Source: a virus
Taxonomy: Duplodnaviria > Caudoviricetes
DNA: 31,216 nt
Direction: 5' to 3' (one strand)
IMG/VR virus record: IMGVR_UViG_3300033562_000074
Coordinates: 1-31,216 of that record
This document shows, one piece after another, positions 26,392 through 31,216 of this stretch. The position numbers and the translations under genes are program-made. Numbering within the stretch: the stretch's first letter is position 1; every line of letters starts with the position of its first letter. The notes beneath the pieces were generated by a model. It worked only from the letters and a program-made list of their open reading frames with translations. It did not search any database and was not told where the DNA came from.

Positions 26392-26396
26392 GGTGA

Positions 26397-27038
26397 TCAG
26401 GATTTGTAGCGGGATTGCAAGAGGGGATCACCTGCCCGGCGAATGCCAGAATCATTGTTCTCCCCGGAGTTGTCTTGCACCGAGTCATAAAATTGGGCGT
26501 TAGGCAGGCTAACACGCTCATAGAGGTCCCGCAGTTGTCCGCTCTTGCGGTCATCGTCCGCAATGGGTCCGGCGAGGTAGGAGGCAAGCAGGGTGACCAC
26601 AGCGGGCACAAAGTGTGGAGACCAGTCAGCCGGGGTTATCACATCCTGAATGAACTCCAATGCAACATGCAGGTGGTTTGATTTGATGTCCTTGCCAACC
26701 AGTTCAAAGCTGTCAATTCCCCCGGCGTAAACTGTCGGGACCCCATCCACCAATGTCTGCCCTTGCAAAAGGGTCATCACCCGCAGGCATGCAGTGGGGC
26801 GCACATGGGTGTAGGTAAACTTCCCGATGGCTGGCACATCCTCTCTGCGGACCAGCACAGCGGACGCTTTAGCGAAAGACCACCTGTGCGCGGCAAGTGC
26901 CTCTCTGCGGGCTGTGGGGTAAAACTCAGCGCAATAGCGGGCAAGTGGGTCACTTTGCTGTGCCGCATCATCAAGGCGGGTGATCCTGCGGTCACCGAGT
27001 AGTGCAAGAGCCTGATTGCAGATGTCAATTTGGTTCAT
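26397..27038 (-). CDS. tail tubular protein A / adaptor (T7 gp11-like)
   Basis: IDICNQALALLG, HRWSFA, P..CLRV, F..AV...LAS.LA; start placed at MNQID (27038). Confidence 0.88.
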   Translation of the reverse strand: MNQIDICNQALALLGDRRITRLDDAAQQSDPLARYCAEFYPTARREALAAHRWSFAKASAVLVRREDVPAIGKFTYTHVRPTACLRVMTLLQGQTLVDGVPTVYAGGIDSFELVGKDIKSNHLHVALEFIQDVITPADWSPHFVPAVVTLLASYLAGPIADDDRKSGQLRDLYERVSLPNAQFYDSVQDNSGENNDSGIRRAGDPLLQSRYKS

Positions 27039-27047
27039 GTGTGGATG

Positions 27048-27093
27048 AAAAAACAAAAGGGCGGAAAAAGCAAGTAAATGCTCTTTCCGCCCT
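27048..27093 (-). terminator. intrinsic terminator after the capsid/cement genes
   Basis: On the - strand AGGGCGGAAAGAGCA...TGCTTTTTCCGCCCT followed by TTTGTTTTTT. Confidence 0.85.
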
Positions 27094-27119
27094 CAGTATG
27101 CAACACCCACGACAGTGTA

Positions 27120-27563
27120 TCAACCAGCGAAGACACAGGCAATGTTGAAGTAAATCACATCACCTGCCGTCAGACCAGCACCGGAGATGGTGCCAATCAG
27201 GGAACGGCGAGAAGTATTTTTATAGCTACCCACGTTGGAGGTGAGCAGTTTCACGCCTGCACCACCGTCAAGCAGTGTGGCAGCGGAAACGGCAGTTGCC
27301 TCACCAGTGAAGCCAAGGGCCACCGCTGCACCTGCGGGTTGGTCAGGACCAACGACAGAACACATGGCGGGGATGATGACGGCACCGGAAGGGACCTTGA
27401 CGATTTCCAAGGTGTCAGCAACCGCAGTCCCGGCAGGGACAGTGAGCTTACCTTGAATGAAGTGCAACCCACCACTGGTGAGTGCAGCATCCGCAACGAT
27501 CTTGCCAGCATTTGCTGCGGCAAGTTCTTGTGCGGTGACAGTATCAGATTTGAAATTAGGCAT
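27120..27563 (-). CDS. capsid cement/decoration protein
   Basis: 147 aa, beta-rich and A/G-rich, directly after the major capsid gene; DTLEIVKVPSGAVI. Confidence 0.7.
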   Translation of the reverse strand: MPNFKSDTVTAQELAAANAGKIVADAALTSGGLHFIQGKLTVPAGTAVADTLEIVKVPSGAVIIPAMCSVVGPDQPAGAAVALGFTGEATAVSAATLLDGGAGVKLLTSNVGSYKNTSRRSLIGTISGAGLTAGDVIYFNIACVFAG

Positions 27564-27603
27564 AACAGTAGGAGTGAGAAGTTAAACTTGATTGAGAGGT
27601 TTT

Positions 27604-27635
27604 GGCTGTGGTGAAAGTTGCCCTTCACCACAGCC
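27604..27635 (-). other. 14-bp GNRA-capped RNA hairpin between the capsid and cement genes
   Basis: GGCUGUGGUGAAGG-GCAA-CUUUCACCACAGCC; no U tract follows. Confidence 0.7.
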
Positions 27636-27643
27636 CTGAATGG

Positions 27644-28564
27644 TTAGACGGACTCGTCCGCCTTGATGATGACAACGCCCTTTTCTTCCTCACGGGTGGC
27701 ACCACCAGTGAACTTGAAGCGAATGCGGTCACCGCCCGTGTCGTTGTCACGCCACACGTTGGTCTCAGCGGCTTTCCAGTCACCGTAAGTGACCTTCGAC
27801 TTGAGCCACATCGGGATGTCCTGAATGTTGTCCGTCTTGCGGTTGGCAAGACCCGTGGTGACCATGAGCTTGACACCGAAGAATGCTTCAAGGATGCCAG
27901 TGTCGAATGGCTTACCACCAGCAAAGCTGCGGAAGTCCGAACTGGTAACCACAGCCTCTTTCCAGAGGTTGAGCAACGACTTGGGAGAAGCGGCAAGGCA
28001 AAGCACATCAGGCTCATCAAGTTGAGCGTCTTGGCCCCATGCATCGTTGTCCATGAAGATGCGAACTGCTTCGATGATCTTCTCAGAGGTCAGACCCTCA
28101 TTGGCACCACCGAAGTTCACCGCAACGATTTGCGTGTTCGGAAGGGCAATGGTGGTCATGGCTTCTTCAGGACCATTGCCAACGGTGGCAGTGTCCAGCA
28201 TGCCTGCGAAAGTGATTTCCTCCATGCGGCGAAGACCAGCTTGCATCAAGCGCATTGCAGCTTGAGGCATAGGAACACCGATGCGGTCCAGTTTCCATGC
28301 ATCGTCCTCGTCAAACTTCACCTTCTGGTTGAAGGATTTGGGGAAGATGAAGCGGCGAGCGGTCTCCATCTCGACACCGGGCTTGGACTCATGGCGAGCG
28401 GTCTTTTCCTCCAACTCCAGTTCTCCGAACTGTTCGATGGTGGCATAGCGTCCAGAACAGTCACCCTTGTAGGTCACATAGTTCTTGAGGATGTTGTGTT
28501 TCTTGGAGAGCAGAGCTTTCCATTGTTGGCCGTATGCAATACGGGCGTGTTCATGAGGAGTCAT
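27644..28564 (-). CDS. major capsid protein
   Basis: 306 aa after the scaffold; Y.QQW..LL, AGLRRME, GLT.EKI..A, F.GVKL, GATREEEKGVV.I. Confidence 0.88.
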   Translation of the reverse strand: MTPHEHARIAYGQQWKALLSKKHNILKNYVTYKGDCSGRYATIEQFGELELEEKTARHESKPGVEMETARRFIFPKSFNQKVKFDEDDAWKLDRIGVPMPQAAMRLMQAGLRRMEEITFAGMLDTATVGNGPEEAMTTIALPNTQIVAVNFGGANEGLTSEKIIEAVRIFMDNDAWGQDAQLDEPDVLCLAASPKSLLNLWKEAVVTSSDFRSFAGGKPFDTGILEAFFGVKLMVTTGLANRKTDNIQDIPMWLKSKVTYGDWKAAETNVWRDNDTGGDRIRFKFTGGATREEEKGVVIIKADESV

Positions 28565-28750
28565 AATTTTGGATAAGTGAGAATTTAACGGTTAGAGGTT
28601 TCCCTTCTCTTCCGATTGTCCGTTGCTGGATTGGTCCTTTGCAGGTTTGCCAACTCGCTTCTGGGTCGTAACAAAGAAACTGAGGTGGTCGCAATGAGCT
28701 TAGGGCCGGACTGGTTATCCCAAACCAAATTGACTTGATAGGGATAGTCC
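28565..28750 (-). promoter_or_regulatory. structured 5' leader of the capsid gene
   Basis: A long 5' hairpin plus several short GNRA-type hairpins (see findings). Confidence 0.5.
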
Positions 28751-28777
28751 AACCACAGAATGGGGGCATCCGTCAAC

Positions 28778-28817
28778 AAAAAATAAACCCCATCCCGAAA
28801 TTTCTTCAGGATGGGGT
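28778..28817 (-). terminator. intrinsic terminator after the scaffold gene
   Basis: ACCCCATCC...GGATGGGGT followed by TTATTTTTT on the - strand. Confidence 0.8.
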
Positions 28818-28838
28818 GTATATGTGGATTTAGGGAGA

Positions 28839-29732
28839 TTAGCCCGCCGATTCAAGAATCAGGCGATTGTAAGTGTCCATTGCCGCCTGATGGTTGGGGT
28901 GGGATTGATCCTTGAAAGCTGCATAGTGCGGATTGCTTTCATTGGTAAGGATGTCCTGAGCTTGGTCAAGTTTGCCTTGCGCGGACTGTCCTTCTTTGCC
29001 GATGCCCAGTTCCTTGAGTGTGCCGGGGCTAACACGAGAGTGCAGCTTGGCAAGGTTTACCACAAGTGACGGGTGGGTGAGAAGGTCACCAGCTTCAAAG
29101 GCAAGGCCAAGAACATCCGCTGCGGCTTTCGCACTGGCAATGGTGGTGTCGTAATTCTCGGCACCAACTGCACTGCGGATTTGTTGCTTGGCAGTTTCAA
29201 TGGCAGCAAATTGCTGAGTCTGGTATGCCTTTGCCTCTTTCCCGGCTTGCTGAATTTGGAACTCAATGAATGCACTCGTGACCTCCGGTGAAATGCCCTT
29301 CTGAAATGCAAACTCAGATGCCAACTTCACCAACTCCGCAGGCACCGTGACACCTTCAGGGAGGGTAGCAGCATCCGGCAGTTTGATGGCTTGAGCGTAT
29401 GCAGCAACATCGCTTGGCAACTGTGGAGTGTTCCCCGCCTTGAGCGTTTCAAGTTGCTTGGCAAGCTCAGCCTTCTCAGAGGTAAGTTTGGAAATCGCGG
29501 ACGTTCCTTCCTTCACCGATTTGAACAGGCTTGGAAGATCCTTGAATGTGGAACCCGCTGCATGCTCACCGATGCGCTCCTGATAGTTCTCGGTAAACGA
29601 GAGGTCATCATTGAGCAGTGGCAAGGGGGCTGTGTTACCATCTCCGTCACCTCCTCCACCACCATCCTCGGGGACAATGTTGAAACGAAGGTTGATCCAG
29701 AATAGGGCCAATAGTGTTTTGATGAATTGCAT
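28839..29732 (-). CDS. capsid scaffolding protein
   Basis: FKDLPSLFKS, P.D...Y.I.LP, G.ENYD, C-terminal HPNHQAA; lies between portal and capsid. Confidence 0.8.
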   Translation of the reverse strand: MQFIKTLLALFWINLRFNIVPEDGGGGGDGDGNTAPLPLLNDDLSFTENYQERIGEHAAGSTFKDLPSLFKSVKEGTSAISKLTSEKAELAKQLETLKAGNTPQLPSDVAAYAQAIKLPDAATLPEGVTVPAELVKLASEFAFQKGISPEVTSAFIEFQIQQAGKEAKAYQTQQFAAIETAKQQIRSAVGAENYDTTIASAKAAADVLGLAFEAGDLLTHPSLVVNLAKLHSRVSPGTLKELGIGKEGQSAQGKLDQAQDILTNESNPHYAAFKDQSHPNHQAAMDTYNRLILESAG

Positions 29733-29762
29733 CTGTCGTGTGTGTTGTTAGTTGTTGGTTTA

Positions 29763-30233
29763 TTACTCCGAGATGCGTCCTTTGTAACGCTTCTCGAAAA
29801 TTTCTTTGGGCATGTTCTTACGTGCCCATTCAAGATACTCCGGGGTGAGGTCACCCAAGTTCGGGTCCTGCAATGGTGCCTTGGAGTCATCGAAGTCATC
29901 AGCGAAGCGCAAGGGTTTTTTGCGTCCCTTGATATTGGTGATTTCCTTCTGCTTGGCAAGTTCATCGCGGAGACGCACGATGGTCAATTCCCGGCTCTGA
30001 AGTTGTGCCTTCAAGCGTTTGTTCTGGACCTCAAGCGCTTCAGCTTGTGGCTCAGGGTCCACAGCGCCGGACTGGATGCCCTTGATTACCTTGGCAACCG
30101 GGACGGCATACTTCACGAGGTCATCCGTGACGTAGGTGATGGTCTCATCAGCGGGGTTAAAATCCGCGATGTGTTTGTCATCACGAGAAATCTTGTGGAT
30201 GCCTTCGACAAGTTCAGAAGTGTATTTGGCCAT
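29763..30233 (-). CDS. hypothetical protein with coiled coil
   Basis: 156 aa; AP.QDPNLGDLTPEY.EW motif; tight packing. Confidence 0.7.
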   Translation of the reverse strand: MAKYTSELVEGIHKISRDDKHIADFNPADETITYVTDDLVKYAVPVAKVIKGIQSGAVDPEPQAEALEVQNKRLKAQLQSRELTIVRLRDELAKQKEITNIKGRKKPLRFADDFDDSKAPLQDPNLGDLTPEYLEWARKNMPKEIFEKRYKGRISE

Positions 30234-30238
30234 GGGAG

Positions 30239-30478
30239 TTATAGTTTAGGTTGGAGTGAGATTAACCAGTCGATGACTTCACGGACAGAATCCCGCTTTG
30301 CTGCCATCAATGCACAGCTTTGTGGATCACTCACCGCTAGTTCGTCAACTCTAAAAGCTGGTTGGTAGTAGTCCCATGCTTGCTTGAGGTCATCCTCTGC
30401 TTGCTTCTGCACTTCAGGATTGTTACTGAATAACCTGCGGATAGACTCAATCTCAGCGGCTTTTTTGTTGCGTTCCAT
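30239..30478 (-). CDS. small conserved protein after the portal (Bbp19-like position)
   Basis: RLF.....K....DL...and A.RD..REVI.W pattern; synteny. Confidence 0.65.
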   Translation of the reverse strand: MERNKKAAEIESIRRLFSNNPEVQKQAEDDLKQAWDYYQPAFRVDELAVSDPQSCALMAAKRDSVREVIDWLISLQPKL

Positions 30479-30481
30479 AGG

Positions 30482-31216
30482 TCAAATCTGTTCGGCCATT
30501 TTCGCCTGCATGCCGGGGGAGAACTTGGCAGCGGTCTCAGCGGCAATCTGTGCTTGCTGCGCTTGCTGAGCCTGTTGCTGCGCCCGGAGACGTTCACTGA
30601 CAATCTGGACCACATCTTGCTCAGACCGGATGACGGGGGACTTGAAGCCAAAGGCGCGGGCAAGCTCACGAGTGTGGATTGCCAAGTCAAACTCATCAAC
30701 AACGTCCGGGCTGTATTGTGCGATGTTCGCCAATCGTGTTAGGAACATGTCAGAGTTCTCAACCACCTTGCGCTTCAGCACACGGGATAGGTTGGTGTCA
30801 AACGAGGTGGCCGGGTCCGGGATGTCATAGAACCCATCCTTGCCCGCTCTCTTGAGCTTGTCCGGTATCGGTAGGAACACACCTGCCCGCAAGCAGATGC
30901 CAAACAACCGGGTGGACAACATGGGTGCCAAGTCCGACTCAAAGCGGGCGTTGACCCCCACAAACAAAAGTTCTGATTGGTCACGGATTGCCCGGACCTC
31001 CTCTGCCGTCATTTCCTTCTCAACCCGAGCAAGATCCGCCCAGAGTCCGTGGTAGAAGAGTTTCCTGATTTGGTCCTGCTTGTCCTTGATGCGGTCCTTG
31101 CCAAGCTGGTAGTTGCCCCCGGTCAACCACTCACGGACCCCGCCGCCTGCCGTAGCAAGGGCACCAGCACGAGTGAGCGTCTTCTGTCCGGGGCGCATGT
31201 CAATCTCACCCACCAT
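30482..31216 (-). CDS. portal / head-to-tail connector, C-terminal part (runs off the window)
   Basis: IRKLFY..L, EMTAEEV, R..SDL.PM...R.FGI..RAG.F...PD.L, IRS..DV......R.QQQ.QQ. Confidence 0.9.
   Translation of the reverse strand: MVGEIDMRPGQKTLTRAGALATAGGGVREWLTGGNYQLGKDRIKDKQDQIRKLFYHGLWADLARVEKEMTAEEVRAIRDQSELLFVGVNARFESDLAPMLSTRLFGICLRAGVFLPIPDKLKRAGKDGFYDIPDPATSFDTNLSRVLKRKVVENSDMFLTRLANIAQYSPDVVDEFDLAIHTRELARAFGFKSPVIRSEQDVVQIVSERLRAQQQAQQAQQAQIAAETAAKFSPGMQAKMAEQI

Noticed and set aside
27602-28576. 324-aa + strand ORF antisense to the capsid gene, and other long antisense ORFs (5819-6505, 12939-13604, 18373-19008, 19813-20502, 29727-30368)
   Set aside because: Shadow ORFs expected from codon bias on the coding strand; no recognisable motifs.
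28585-28779. 64-aa and 72-aa ORFs in the capsid leader
   Set aside because: No protein-like features; the region is better explained by RNA structure.
1-31216. tRNA, rRNA, integrase, terminase or primase genes
   Set aside because: None recognisable in this window; terminase and primase probably lie outside it.

Overview
A 31 kb stretch of a tailed-phage (podovirus-like) genome with two converging arms. The + strand (1-8715) is an APSE/BPP-1-type replication arm: small early ORFs, a DUF2800 Cas4-like exonuclease, a DUF2815 ssDNA-binding protein, a family A DNA polymerase (Leu762 type), a VRR-NUC nuclease, an inserted C5 cytosine methyltransferase and a SNF2-like helicase. The - strand (31216-8662) is the morphogenesis and lysis arm: portal (partial), scaffold, major capsid, cement, tail tubular A/B, three internal/ejection proteins (the largest LPD38-like with an HExxH motif), tail adaptor and fibres, holin-like genes, an overlapping spanin-like pair, a modular GH24 endolysin and an Amidase_3 homologue that has lost most catalytic residues. 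The most notable features are: (1) a methyltransferase whose missing motif IX sits in a nested +1-frame ORF (M.EcoHK31I alpha/beta-like), flanked by a perfect 19-bp direct repeat; (2) the pseudo-amidase; (3) a T4 gene 32-like pseudoknot and repeat leader before the SSB gene; (4) a duplicated terminator hairpin with a compensatory change; (5) a GNRA-rich structured leader before the capsid gene; (6) near-total avoidance of CCWGG and GTAC. All family calls come from motif recognition by eye; no searches were run.
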